Shown: positions 28,447 to 37,923, numbered from the stretch's first letter. The stretch: 40,802 bases of DNA from Promethearchaeota archaeon Loki_b31 (GCA_005222975.1 NJBI01000032.1:1-40802); one strand, 5' to 3'. Notes: generated by a model not told the origin, from the sequence alone. Numbers and translations: made by a program.

Positions 28447-29331
28447 TTAAGTACTTTCGATATCTCCTTTATATATATCAAATGGGACTCTTTTATTTGT
28501 ATCGACCATCCTTCTAAAAAATACTTTTTTACTTTCCTCAATTGCTTTCTGGGTTTGCTGGTACTTTCTCGCGGGTTGACCGATGTATATGTAGTTAGGT
28601 TCTAATATTTGTCCTACGTGCGTTACTGCCCAGATACCCAAAGTTGTACTTTTTCCTATAATAGTTCCTGGTGCTACAATTGAATGCCCCCCTAAAACAA
28701 CATGGTCGCCAATAATAACCTTTTTAATTAAAAGATGATCGTTATTATCAATTCTAACGATCATACTAGACATAATAACCGCGCCTTGACCAACCATCAT
28801 GTTGTCCCCTAATTCAATAAATTCTGTATCCAACCACCCATCGAAAAGAGTACTTTTAAAATCGGTACAGACGCCCAATAATTTAAAAGCAAGATTTGTA
28901 GCCCAGGGGAAGCAGAAATTATTCCAAATCCAAAATACAAACTTTTTGACAACAACTCGTAAACAAAAATAGTAATAGTCTTTATTGTTTTTATCAATTT
29001 TAAATAAACCTTCGCGTGGTTTGTGTAACAACTTCAACATAATCAAAAAGAGCTTTCCTAGTAAGAGACTAATTAGCAAATACGCACCCCACCACGCTAA
29101 AACGTCAACAAAGATTATAAAAAACCTCCAATGTAAAAAGCTCGAATCCATAGCAATTGGAAAGAATGTTAAAATCATGACTGATGGCATAAGGAAAGAT
29201 AAAATGTGTAAAATTATAAAAATTAAGGACGCAATAGGATTCCAATGAAAGGTATTTGTTGTTATAGGATACGACGCAATCGTAATTGAGTCTTGTCCTT
29301 GTTCAGATAAATTATGTTCATTATTCTCCAG
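28447..29331 (-). CDS. Membrane protein with one TM + left-handed beta-helix (hexapeptide) acyltransferase-like module
   Basis: LGDNMMVGQGAVI, IIGDHVVLGGHSIVAPGTIIG, YIGQPA. Frame is open 47 codons upstream of the tracked ATG 29190, to a CTG at 29331 preceded by AGGAGG. Confidence 0.8.
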   Translation of the reverse strand: MENNEHNLSEQGQDSITIASYPITTNTFHWNPIASLIFIILHILSFLMPSVMILTFFPIAMDSSFLHWRFFIIFVDVLAWWGAYLLISLLLGKLFLIMLKLLHKPREGLFKIDKNNKDYYYFCLRVVVKKFVFWIWNNFCFPWATNLAFKLLGVCTDFKSTLFDGWLDTEFIELGDNMMVGQGAVIMSSMIVRIDNNDHLLIKKVIIGDHVVLGGHSIVAPGTIIGKSTTLGIWAVTHVGQILEPNYIYIGQPARKYQQTQKAIEESKKVFFRRMVDTNKRVPFDIYKGDIEST

Positions 29332-30886
29332 AATAATCTCCTCCTAAATAATCGATAATATCTTCTTTTTTCATTGGTTTAGCTGGAAACCCATGATATA
29401 TTCCATCGCCGTCTAATTTATCATATTTAAGCGTAGTGCAACCTGGTAAAAATGTAGAATCTTCCCCAATCTCAGAACCGGGCAAGCCTCCCGTTGTGGC
29501 ATTAAGTATAGACCTATTACCTATTTCTACACCAACGAATATTAGATTCTCCTCTCCATACACTCCATCAACTAAATGATTTGTAATATGTGATGAAGTA
29601 CCTAAATAACAATTATCACCGAAATTTATGTGGCTGTGGATAAAAGTCTCTTCTAGCACCGTACCCTTTCCAATTTTGTTGGATTTTATAAAATTCAACT
29701 CCCAATTAACTAACCACGGGAATGGAGAACGTGAGAATGCAAAAACAGGATATTTCATGAGAAATGACCTAAAATGATAATAATCAAGAGTAGTTGATGA
29801 TGTATCTAAATTTCTATCGAAAACGCCTTGAGAAGGACCTCTTTTATCTGCTAACTTATAGAACCATCTTGTAAATAATGCCACGAAAAATAAATGTAAT
29901 AAATAGCAAGATATAAATATTAATGGAGTTAAAAGGAATAGGCCGTAGTTATATGGATTTAAAAAAATCTCGATTGTAAAGGGTTGAGACAACAGATTTG
30001 GCGCTAAAAATCCAAACAAAAACAAGTAAAAAATAAATCCAGGCAAAAAAAAAGAAAATCCAATTATGATTGTGCCGGATATAATATAAAAATGAAACGG
30101 AACTGATAAATTTGTTCCCTGTGCTGTTAAAAACTCTTCGGTTTGCGTGATAGATGGATCTTTTTCAAAAAAGTTTTTTTCAATTACTTCTTTATTAGTA
30201 ATAACGCTAGTTTCTAACGCTTTTTTAACAGGTGTACCGCGATATATGGAATTGCTATCTAAATGCTGATTTATTTTGGTTATAGAATTTGAATCAAGGA
30301 TAGTGTTTGGTTCAATAATAGTGCCGGGTAAAATAAGAGAATGAGCTCCAATAATTACATTGTCCTTTATAACTACTCGTTTAAAAATCAACCTATCTTT
30401 TACAATCAAATTCGACATAATCACAGTTCCTTGGCCAATTCTAACGTTTTTCCCAAGCGTAACCAACTCGCAATCAACCCAACCATCATGTAAAGCGTTT
30501 TTAAAACTAGTTTTTACCCCAAATATTTTATATGCTAACATTTCAAAAAAAGGAAGAGACAATTGTCTTGATAGCCAAATAGGCCACTTTTTTATTACGG
30601 CTCTTAAACTCCAATAATAAAAGTCTTTATCATCTTTATTAAAATAAAATACGCCTTCTTGAGGCGGGTGGATTAAATTAGTAATTAAAAGAAATATTTT
30701 TGAGACCAGAATAGAACTGATAATTAAAATGAAAACTCCTACAAAGAAGATTAACGGAAAGAAAATATAAAATATTGTCTCGGCTAGATAAAAATTAGTC
30801 CAATAAAACCAAAACCAAAAAATAAGTGGTTGAGAGCTCAGAACTATTATTAATAAGTAAATAACTATGTAATACTTTTTAGCCAA
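29321..30886 (-). CDS. Membrane protein with two tandem TM + hexapeptide-repeat modules (Pls/NRPS-terminal-domain-like)
   Basis: Module 1: LGKNVRIGQGTVI, IKDNVIIGAHSLILPG, YRGTPV. Module 2: IGKGTVL, FGDNCYLG, NHLVDG, IGEDSTF, YHGFPA. Each is preceded by TM helices. Confidence 0.85.
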   Translation of the reverse strand: MAKKYYIVIYLLIIVLSSQPLIFWFWFYWTNFYLAETIFYIFFPLIFFVGVFILIISSILVSKIFLLITNLIHPPQEGVFYFNKDDKDFYYWSLRAVIKKWPIWLSRQLSLPFFEMLAYKIFGVKTSFKNALHDGWVDCELVTLGKNVRIGQGTVIMSNLIVKDRLIFKRVVIKDNVIIGAHSLILPGTIIEPNTILDSNSITKINQHLDSNSIYRGTPVKKALETSVITNKEVIEKNFFEKDPSITQTEEFLTAQGTNLSVPFHFYIISGTIIIGFSFFLPGFIFYLFLFGFLAPNLLSQPFTIEIFLNPYNYGLFLLTPLIFISCYLLHLFFVALFTRWFYKLADKRGPSQGVFDRNLDTSSTTLDYYHFRSFLMKYPVFAFSRSPFPWLVNWELNFIKSNKIGKGTVLEETFIHSHINFGDNCYLGTSSHITNHLVDGVYGEENLIFVGVEIGNRSILNATTGGLPGSEIGEDSTFLPGCTTLKYDKLDGDGIYHGFPAKPMKKEDIIDYLGGDYSGE

Positions 30887-31136
30887 TGTATTTGTCGTTC
30901 TTGGGCCTTCTCTTAAAGAAGCTGGTATAGAAATTTTTTATCCACTCTGCTTTATCCATAACTCTAGTGATATTATATAGTAAGAAATTATCTCTTAAAA
31001 CCTTAATATAATATATTATTAAAATTTACTCTCCAAATTTCCTAAAGTTTTAGATATATTAAAAACTAAATCCAATATTATTATTTCAATTTTATATCGA
31101 AGAAATTAATAAAAGATGAGATAGGTTGAGTGATTT

Positions 31137-32666
31137 TTGAGTGAAGAATTTTTTTGGTGGAATGAAGATCAAAGAGCCATTTATAAAGACGTAAGGCAAT
31201 TTGTCGAAGCACATTTTGAAGAAGCTGAAGAATACTTTTGGAATACAAAATTCCCATGGCCATTAGTTAAGAAAGTTGCTGAAAAAGGGTATTTTGGAGT
31301 CGGAGTTCCAAAAGAGTACGGTGGTTTAGAGTTAGGCGCTACTGGAAGTTGTATCGTTGCGGAGCAATTAGGCAGACTTTATGCTGTAGGTCATGTATTC
31401 ACCGTAAGTATGTTAGCTGGGTTGGAACAATTATTAAGGTTTGGTACCGAAGATCAAAAGCGAACTTGGCTTCCCAAAATTGCGAGCGGTGAAGAATTGG
31501 GAGCTTTATGTATTACAGAACCTTTTGCGGGATCTGACGCTGCTAACATTTTTACTTCCGCTATAAAGGATGGTGACGAGTGGATATTAAACGGTAAAAA
31601 GCGATTTATCACTGGAGCGGGAGTTTCTGATAGATATTTTATTTACGCAAAAACGAGCGATGATCCAGTTATTCGCAAACAATATGGACATATAACATCT
31701 TTTATGGTTGAAAAAGGTAGACCAGGATTTACTTTAGAAAAAATTAACCCCTTAATTGGATTTGATAACGTTCCAAATGGCTATATAGATTTTGATCATG
31801 TTAAAATTCCTGACATTAATCGTATTGGCGCAGTTGGAAACGGTTGGAACGTGATGATGGCAGGTTTGAACTTCGAGCGACTAATTGGTGCTGCAGTTTT
31901 TGGAGGTTTATTTGAAGATGTAGTAAATTTGTTATTTTACTTTACTAAAAGACGAGTTCAATTTAGAAGAACAACTAACCAATTTCCAGGGATTCAGAAC
32001 GAAATTGCTGAGATTATAACAAAAGCAAAAGTATCGAGATTATTTTCTTATCACTGTGCTAAATTAATAGATAACGGGGGAGAACCAATGGTAGAAGCTT
32101 CAATAGCAAAAATGATTAACACGGAAGCTGCGAGAGATATTGGACTTAAAGCCATTCAAATATTGGGAGGGGATGGTCTCACCAAGTTTTTACCTGCTGA
32201 AAGAATCCTACGTGAAGCAAAAATTGGAGAAATCGTTGCTGGAACAAACGAGGTCCAAAAAATGATTATATATAGGTTTTGTGCTATGCTCCCTATATAT
32301 AATAAACCCATGAGAATGAGATGGAACGACGAAATTAATGCCCCGATTATTTCGAAAAAAGAATCTACATTCAAAGGAAACGAAGTAAACGAGGAAAACG
32401 TATTAAAAGTTATTTCTCACGATTACAAAATAAATCCGGGATTATATATGACTCCAGACGATGTACGAGAGGACATAGGAGGGGGTCGCTCCGAATTGAG
32501 AAAACGTTTTGAAACCTTAGAAAAACAGGGATTAATCGTCATTCATCGCGATCGTTCGGGAAAAGTAGCATTAGTTAAAGCCACTTACGAAGGATTACAA
32601 TTAGCTTTTCCAAAAGAGTATTACCAATGGTTTCCAGCGTGGTACGATAACGCCGATAAATTTTAA
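31137..32666 (+). CDS. Acyl-CoA dehydrogenase with C-terminal winged-helix-like extension
   Basis: VPKEYGG, CITEPFAGSD, LNGKKRFIT, LNFERL, IQILGGDG, AGTNEVQ; about 120 extra C-terminal aa. Confidence 0.92.
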   Translation: MSEEFFWWNEDQRAIYKDVRQFVEAHFEEAEEYFWNTKFPWPLVKKVAEKGYFGVGVPKEYGGLELGATGSCIVAEQLGRLYAVGHVFTVSMLAGLEQLLRFGTEDQKRTWLPKIASGEELGALCITEPFAGSDAANIFTSAIKDGDEWILNGKKRFITGAGVSDRYFIYAKTSDDPVIRKQYGHITSFMVEKGRPGFTLEKINPLIGFDNVPNGYIDFDHVKIPDINRIGAVGNGWNVMMAGLNFERLIGAAVFGGLFEDVVNLLFYFTKRRVQFRRTTNQFPGIQNEIAEIITKAKVSRLFSYHCAKLIDNGGEPMVEASIAKMINTEAARDIGLKAIQILGGDGLTKFLPAERILREAKIGEIVAGTNEVQKMIIYRFCAMLPIYNKPMRMRWNDEINAPIISKKESTFKGNEVNEENVLKVISHDYKINPGLYMTPDDVREDIGGGRSELRKRFETLEKQGLIVIHRDRSGKVALVKATYEGLQLAFPKEYYQWFPAWYDNADKF

Positions 32667-32694
32667 ATATATTCCTTATTTTTCTTTTTTAATT

Positions 32695-32885
32695 TTAATC
32701 GTTAATCTTGAAATTTTTAAAAAATTAGCGTTATTAACATGGTCTATAGTAATTGCTAATAGTTTCACTTACTCTTATTCTATAAATTCTGGATTCTTCA
32801 TTACAAAATAAAAGTTGTTTATTTCTATATTATGAAACTTTCTAAACTTAATATTCAAGCTTTTTGAAGTCAATATGACCTTAAT
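32695..32885 (-). pseudogene. Decayed paralog of the 33598-33948 gene
   Basis: Reads GHIDF...NNFYFVMKNPEFIE*E*VKLLAITIDH...KNFKIND* versus GQFDF...NIFYFVMLDPEFIESEETILLAITIDL...KNFEIKD*. Two in-frame stops, a frameshift and an internal deletion. Confidence 0.88.
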
Positions 32886-32933
32886 GGAATTTAGATGAAG
32901 ACCAATTGCTTAGTGATGATAATAATCAATTAT

Positions 32934-33338
32934 TTATGCTGTAGAAGCCTTTTCCAAATCAGTTAACTTTTTTTGTAATGCCTTTATTTCTATATTTATC
33001 GCTTTAATTTTTGTATTTTTCTCGTTATTAGTTTCCTTCAGTTTTAGATCTAATGTTTTCTTTTTTTCTTTAATTAATGTTGATGATTCTTTTTTTAACC
33101 CTTTTAAAGAAATCTTTAATTCCTTCTTTTTTGCATTCCATTCAACAGCTTTAGCTATAGCCTCATCAAACCTCTCCTGCTCGGCTTTTAATTTAGAATT
33201 TTTCTCATTAATTTTAGGATTATACTCCCCCTCAACTTCATTTTTAATAGAAGAGCTTTTCCCTTTAAATTCTTCTTCAATTTTACTTATTTCATCCTGT
33301 TTTAAATTAATTTGGTTTTTAATTTCATTTTCCGACAT
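32934..33338 (-). CDS. Coiled-coil protein
   Basis: 134 aa, K/E-rich heptads; GAGGT RBS. Confidence 0.7.
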   Translation of the reverse strand: MSENEIKNQINLKQDEISKIEEEFKGKSSSIKNEVEGEYNPKINEKNSKLKAEQERFDEAIAKAVEWNAKKKELKISLKGLKKESSTLIKEKKKTLDLKLKETNNEKNTKIKAINIEIKALQKKLTDLEKASTA

Positions 33339-33597
33339 TAAATTATACCTCTTTTAATAGTTTTATTAATTTGGGCATTATAAGCCAAATAATAAATTAT
33401 TGGTTTCGTATTTAATTGTTAGTATTTCTACATTTCAATATGAAAGTGGTTAAATGTAATTAAACAAACCCTTTTCAGATTTTAAGGAGGATTTTCTTAA
33501 AATTATTAAATAGCTCCATCTACCAAGAAAATACCTTGTTAAAAGTATTTAAATGGTCGTGGGTAAGAAAAGACTTCTTTTCTTCTTTTTTTTTAAT

Positions 33598-33948
33598 TTA
33601 ATCTTTAATTTCGAAATTCTTAATTAAATCAACTTTGTTTTTGAGGTCTATTGTAATAGCTAATAGGATTGTTTCTTCGGATTCAATAAATTCAGGATCC
33701 AGCATTACAAAGTAAAAAATGTTTCCTTTCGTTTCATAGCCCATTTCCATTTCACCGCATTCTTCCGGAAGAATCTTTAAAAATTCATCGGGCGCATGCT
33801 TTTTCAATACTTCAAATATTGAATTTTCGAGTTTTGATTGTTCTTTGCGAATTTCTTTTATTGTCGAAAAATCAAATTGACCCATGGATGCTCCAGCTTT
33901 ATTATTTAGCTCGTTCCACTCCTTAAACAGTTCGCTTAAACTTGACAT
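33598..33948 (-). CDS. Hypothetical protein
   Basis: 116 aa; supported by its nearby decayed paralog. Confidence 0.75.
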   Translation of the reverse strand: MSSLSELFKEWNELNNKAGASMGQFDFSTIKEIRKEQSKLENSIFEVLKKHAPDEFLKILPEECGEMEMGYETKGNIFYFVMLDPEFIESEETILLAITIDLKNKVDLIKNFEIKD

Positions 33949-34009
33949 AGTAAGACTAAGTCCAGATTTAAAATAAATCTTTTTATTACTCTCAAAATAA
34001 AAAAATTTA

Positions 34010-35008
34010 TTGAACTGTATTCCTAGTAAATATTTAAGAAAAATTACGAATAAAGGTTATCAAATAATGAAGAAAAATAAATCTAATTTTAGAAGAAGCG
34101 ATATTGCTCACACATATTCTATCGTGGCAAGAGATCCTAAAACTGGGGAGATGGGAGTTGGCGTCCAGAGTCACTATTTCTCGGTTGGGAGCATAGTTTC
34201 ATGGGGCGAATCAGGAGTTGGAGTTGTGGCTACTCAATCGCTCGTAAATGCTTCATTTGGTTTACATGGTTTAGAACTTTTAAAGCAAGGAAAATCGCCA
34301 AAGGAAGCTTTAGACTTTTTAATATCTGAAGACGAAGGCAGAGATGTAAGGCAAGTAGCAATATTAGACGCTCAAGGTAGAGTTGCTGCTCATACTGGTT
34401 CGAAATGCATTATTCATGCAGGTCACATTGAAGGTGAAAATTTTTCAGTTCAAGCTAATATGATGCTTACCGATAAAGTCTGGTCAGCAATGGCTAAAAG
34501 TTTTAAATCAAGCGTTAATTTGCCCTTAGCTGAAAGAATCGTAAAAACTATGGAAGCGGCAGAAACTGTAGGAGGTGATATCAGAGGAAAACAATCTGCA
34601 GCGATTTTAATTGTAGGTAGTAAAGAAGTCAAAAACAAGTGGGAAGATAAAATCATCGATTTAAGAGTCGAAGATAACGAGCAACCCGTAAAAGAACTCT
34701 CAAGATTGTTAAAACTTCATAGGGCTTACAAACACATGGATAAAGGTGACTTAGCTATAGAACAAAACGAAATGGAGAAAGCACTCAAGGAATACGATTC
34801 GGCACTAAATTTGTTTCCTGAAAACCTTGAAATGAAATTTTGGACCGCCGTATCTTTAGCAAATAATCAAAAACTAAAAGAAGCGTCAGAGCTATTTAAA
34901 GCCATTTTTAAGAAAGATAACAATTGGCGTTTGCTAACAGAAAGGTTGCCTAAAAGCGGGCTGTTAAATCTAACCAAAAAAGAGTTAGAAGACATCTTAT
35001 CTTTATAA
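34010..35008 (+). CDS. DUF1028 (Ntn-hydrolase-like) protein with C-terminal TPR
   Basis: TYSIVARDP, GVGVVATQ, RQVAILD, HTG, GGDIRGKQSAA, DLRVED. TPR ALKEYDSALNLFPEN. Real start possibly ATG 34067. Confidence 0.9.
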   Translation: MNCIPSKYLRKITNKGYQIMKKNKSNFRRSDIAHTYSIVARDPKTGEMGVGVQSHYFSVGSIVSWGESGVGVVATQSLVNASFGLHGLELLKQGKSPKEALDFLISEDEGRDVRQVAILDAQGRVAAHTGSKCIIHAGHIEGENFSVQANMMLTDKVWSAMAKSFKSSVNLPLAERIVKTMEAAETVGGDIRGKQSAAILIVGSKEVKNKWEDKIIDLRVEDNEQPVKELSRLLKLHRAYKHMDKGDLAIEQNEMEKALKEYDSALNLFPENLEMKFWTAVSLANNQKLKEASELFKAIFKKDNNWRLLTERLPKSGLLNLTKKELEDILSL

Positions 35009-35026
35009 TTAAGGGATAAACTGCTT

Positions 35027-35551
35027 TTAAATTTGGAATTGATTGCAATAATCGTTTTTATCAATCAAAAAAAACATTGAGTTCTTTTTATTAAGATTGG
35101 TATCTTTGCGTAAAAAATTGCCCATATATTTCATTCCCGACCTTTCTGCAACTTTCCAGCCTCGTGTGTTTCCTTGATCTATATACGCTACTATTTTATC
35201 TAGTTTAAGCTCTGAAAAAGCGTATTCGAAAATCTTTCTAAGAGATTCTATCGCGTAGCCATTTCCCCAATACTCATGCTGCAAAAAATAATAACATTCC
35301 ACCTGCTTATTATCTTTTAAAGTAACTAAACCACAAAAACCTAAAAAATCTCCATTACTTTTAAGTATTAATGCATAAGGAATTACTATTTCTTGACTTT
35401 GATAAGAATTAATGATAGATTTAAACAATTGGTTGAAGCTAGTAGATGCCACATCTTTCATAAAACTAACTATGTTATCAAAATCTTCTTGAGTAAAATG
35501 TCTGATCATTAACCTTTTAGTTTCTAAAGTGCTCGGATTTATAATCGACAA
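35027..35551 (-). CDS. GNAT N-acetyltransferase, RimJ/RimL family
   Basis: LETKRLMIR, YWGNGYAIE, N..GWKVAERSGM. Confidence 0.9.
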   Translation of the reverse strand: MSIINPSTLETKRLMIRHFTQEDFDNIVSFMKDVASTSFNQLFKSIINSYQSQEIVIPYALILKSNGDFLGFCGLVTLKDNKQVECYYFLQHEYWGNGYAIESLRKIFEYAFSELKLDKIVAYIDQGNTRGWKVAERSGMKYMGNFLRKDTNLNKKNSMFFLIDKNDYCNQFQI

Positions 35552-35614
35552 GAGTTATTAATTATATGGCAATTTTTAATTAATACTTAATGCTTGGCCA
35601 GAAATATATTATTA

Positions 35615-35857
35615 TCACTGTTTTTCATTAGATTCTATTTCTTCAGGACCAAAAATATCTAGGAGTTTTCCAGCAAATTTTTTTAGTAAACTTGCTTTGG
35701 CTATGGCAATTCCTTTTTTAGAATCGCCAAATATAAGAACTTGATCCCCTGGGTTTATGTTGAAATGTTTTCGGGCTTCAATAGGAATTACAATTTGTCC
35801 TCTTTCGCCAACCTTTACAGAACCATAAAAATATTTTCCTTTAGCAACTTCAGTCAT
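35615..35857 (-). CDS. AbrB/MazE/SpoVT family transcription regulator
   Basis: VKVGERGQIVIPIEARKHFNINPGD. Confidence 0.92.
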   Translation of the reverse strand: MTEVAKGKYFYGSVKVGERGQIVIPIEARKHFNINPGDQVLIFGDSKKGIAIAKASLLKKFAGKLLDIFGPEEIESNEKQ

Positions 35858-35905
35858 GATATCTCAAAATCTAGTTAAATTGTAACTTTTAATTATTAAA
35901 TATTG

Positions 35906-35965
35906 TTCATAAGATTTAAATATTTATGAATAATATGATAAGTATGAAATATATGATAATAATGA
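35906..35965. promoter_or_regulatory. Operator-like array: (T/A)ATGA x5 at 9-bp period plus one inverted copy flanking a TATA
   Basis: TATGA at 35925, 35934, 35943, 35952 and AATGA at 35961; ttcataa (35906) and ttatgaa (35924) bracket tttaaata. Confidence 0.7.
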
Positions 35966-35986
35966 TTAAAATGTTAGTGATTTATA

Positions 35987-36751
35987 ATGAGTGAGGAAAA
36001 GCCAAAATATGGGTGGTATGTTAAGAATTTAATTTTAGCTTTTAATATAATAGGATTGTTCGGTTTAATTGTTTTAATTATAGGATTAAACATTCTAGGA
36101 ATGCTCGGAGTAATCCTAAGTATCATAGGTATAGCCTTAATGTTATTATTTTTATGGCCAGGAATAGGATTGGCAACAATGAACATTATATTAAGTAAAG
36201 AGAATTCTGAAGTTCGAGGCATGGATATATTAAGTAAAATCCAATCTCCGAGAGTATTAGACATAGGATGCGGAACGGGTAGAACAGCAATAGAAATAGC
36301 TAAATCTTTACCAAAAGGAGGTCATCTTAACGGTATAGATATTTATAACAGTAATGCAATATCGGGTAATTCTCTTGCAACAGTTAATCGAAATGCAGAA
36401 TTAGAAGGAGTAAGTGATAAGAGTACATTTCAATACGGTTCTGCAACGGAAATACCTTTTGAAGACAATAAATTTAATATCGTAAGCTTATCTTCGGTAC
36501 TTCACGAAGTACACGATTATGAGAGTAAAGAAAGAGCAATGAAAGAGATTCGCCGGGTGTTAAAGCCAAAAGGCTTTTTGTTGATAGGTGAATGGAATCG
36601 ATATTCTTGGCAATTAATCTTATATTCTGGTATATTGTACATGGTGTTTCGAAGTCGTAAGTATTGGGATGAATTAATTAGAAAGCAAGGGTTCACTATA
36701 CTCAATTACGAAAATTTTGGGGGTTATGGACTGTTCACTGCTCAAAAATGA
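35987..36751 (+). CDS. Membrane-anchored class I SAM-dependent methyltransferase
   Basis: Two N-terminal TM; VLDIGCGTG, IPFEDNKF, EIRRVLKPKG. Confidence 0.92.
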   Translation: MSEEKPKYGWYVKNLILAFNIIGLFGLIVLIIGLNILGMLGVILSIIGIALMLLFLWPGIGLATMNIILSKENSEVRGMDILSKIQSPRVLDIGCGTGRTAIEIAKSLPKGGHLNGIDIYNSNAISGNSLATVNRNAELEGVSDKSTFQYGSATEIPFEDNKFNIVSLSSVLHEVHDYESKERAMKEIRRVLKPKGFLLIGEWNRYSWQLILYSGILYMVFRSRKYWDELIRKQGFTILNYENFGGYGLFTAQK

Positions 36752-36861
36752 AGCAGTAAAATAAAACAAGATAATTTTTATTGATTTTTTCTTTTTTTCT
36801 TTTCTTTTCTTTCAGTATTTTATTGAAAAATATATTAACTTCAATTTTTCTCATTAATCAA

Positions 36862-37248
36862 TTAGTCAATTAAAAGCTTTAATCCTTGCACTAGTTGTCT
36901 TGGAGTAATCCCGTATAAAAAAGCTGAATGGAGCGTTTTAATATCGTTTTCAATATTAGCAATATCTTTATTTAGAGTTTTGTAATCTTCTGCAATCTCT
37001 TTTAACTTCGAGTAAGAGGTTTCTTTGGAATTACTTAATAATCCAAAATGTCCGCCGAAAGCGGTAATCATATTATGAATTAATTCCATTTCTTTGTCAG
37101 AAAAGGATCTTAAGCAATCTTCACAAACTATTCCAAACGACATTCCAATCTTTTTAATCTTGAAGTAAGAATTGGTGTTACTTCGGCAAAGAACGCATTT
37201 AACGGAGCTAAGCTTTTTCTTCTCTCTTACAAGTTCAGGCGTTATCAT
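36862..37248 (-). CDS. Hypothetical Zn-finger protein
   Basis: CVLC...VCEDC followed by a helical region. Confidence 0.65.
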   Translation of the reverse strand: MITPELVREKKKLSSVKCVLCRSNTNSYFKIKKIGMSFGIVCEDCLRSFSDKEMELIHNMITAFGGHFGLLSNSKETSYSKLKEIAEDYKTLNKDIANIENDIKTLHSAFLYGITPRQLVQGLKLLID

Positions 37249-37338
37249 AAAATTAAGATAAATCTTGCATATTTAAACAAAAATTTAGCACTATTGTAAG
37301 CAAAAAACTTTAATAGAGCAGATAATGATATATTAATT

Positions 37339-37923
37339 ATGGTTAAATCGAATAATGAATCGTATAGAACTAAAAGAGAACTTATTGATATTTTATTCGC
37401 TGTTATCCAATATATTATAATGGTATTAAACGGTTTATTTATCCTAAGCGATTTCCTATTTATATCGCTTAACATACTATCTGCTACAATATTTATCGCC
37501 TTTCTTTATTATCTTTGGAAGATTAGAAATCCTTTTTATCCATATTTAATATTTTTTACGATGATATGTTATCTTATTATAATATTAGAAATTCTGTTTG
37601 ATGCTCCGAGAAACTATGGTTGGCAAATTATTAGTTTGATTGTTATCATATTCTTATTTCCTTGGTTAATATATGTGACAGCAACAATTAATGCACCTAT
37701 TTACCACAAACATCGAGCTGTTAGAAGATATACAACTATGACCATTGTAGAATCTGAGGAAGATAGAGAAGATAAGATTAATGGAAAAGATCTCCATAAT
37801 AAAAAAATAAAGGAAGAAAGAAAGAAAATTCGCCAAAGGTTTAACGCGTCAGCAGTAATTGTAATAAGCTTGTTAAACACTGTGTTTTTCTTGTCTACAT
37901 ATCTCTTAGATCTGCTAAATTAA
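37339..37923 (+). CDS. Hypothetical membrane protein (about 5 TM)
   Basis: Hydrophobic segments with a charged loop before the last TM. Confidence 0.65.
   Translation: MVKSNNESYRTKRELIDILFAVIQYIIMVLNGLFILSDFLFISLNILSATIFIAFLYYLWKIRNPFYPYLIFFTMICYLIIILEILFDAPRNYGWQIISLIVIIFLFPWLIYVTATINAPIYHKHRAVRRYTTMTIVESEEDREDKINGKDLHNKKIKEERKKIRQRFNASAVIVISLLNTVFFLSTYLLDLLN

Noticed and set aside
35925-35965. Periodic repeats as a CRISPR array
   Set aside because: Units are 9 bp with no spacers, and there are no cas genes.
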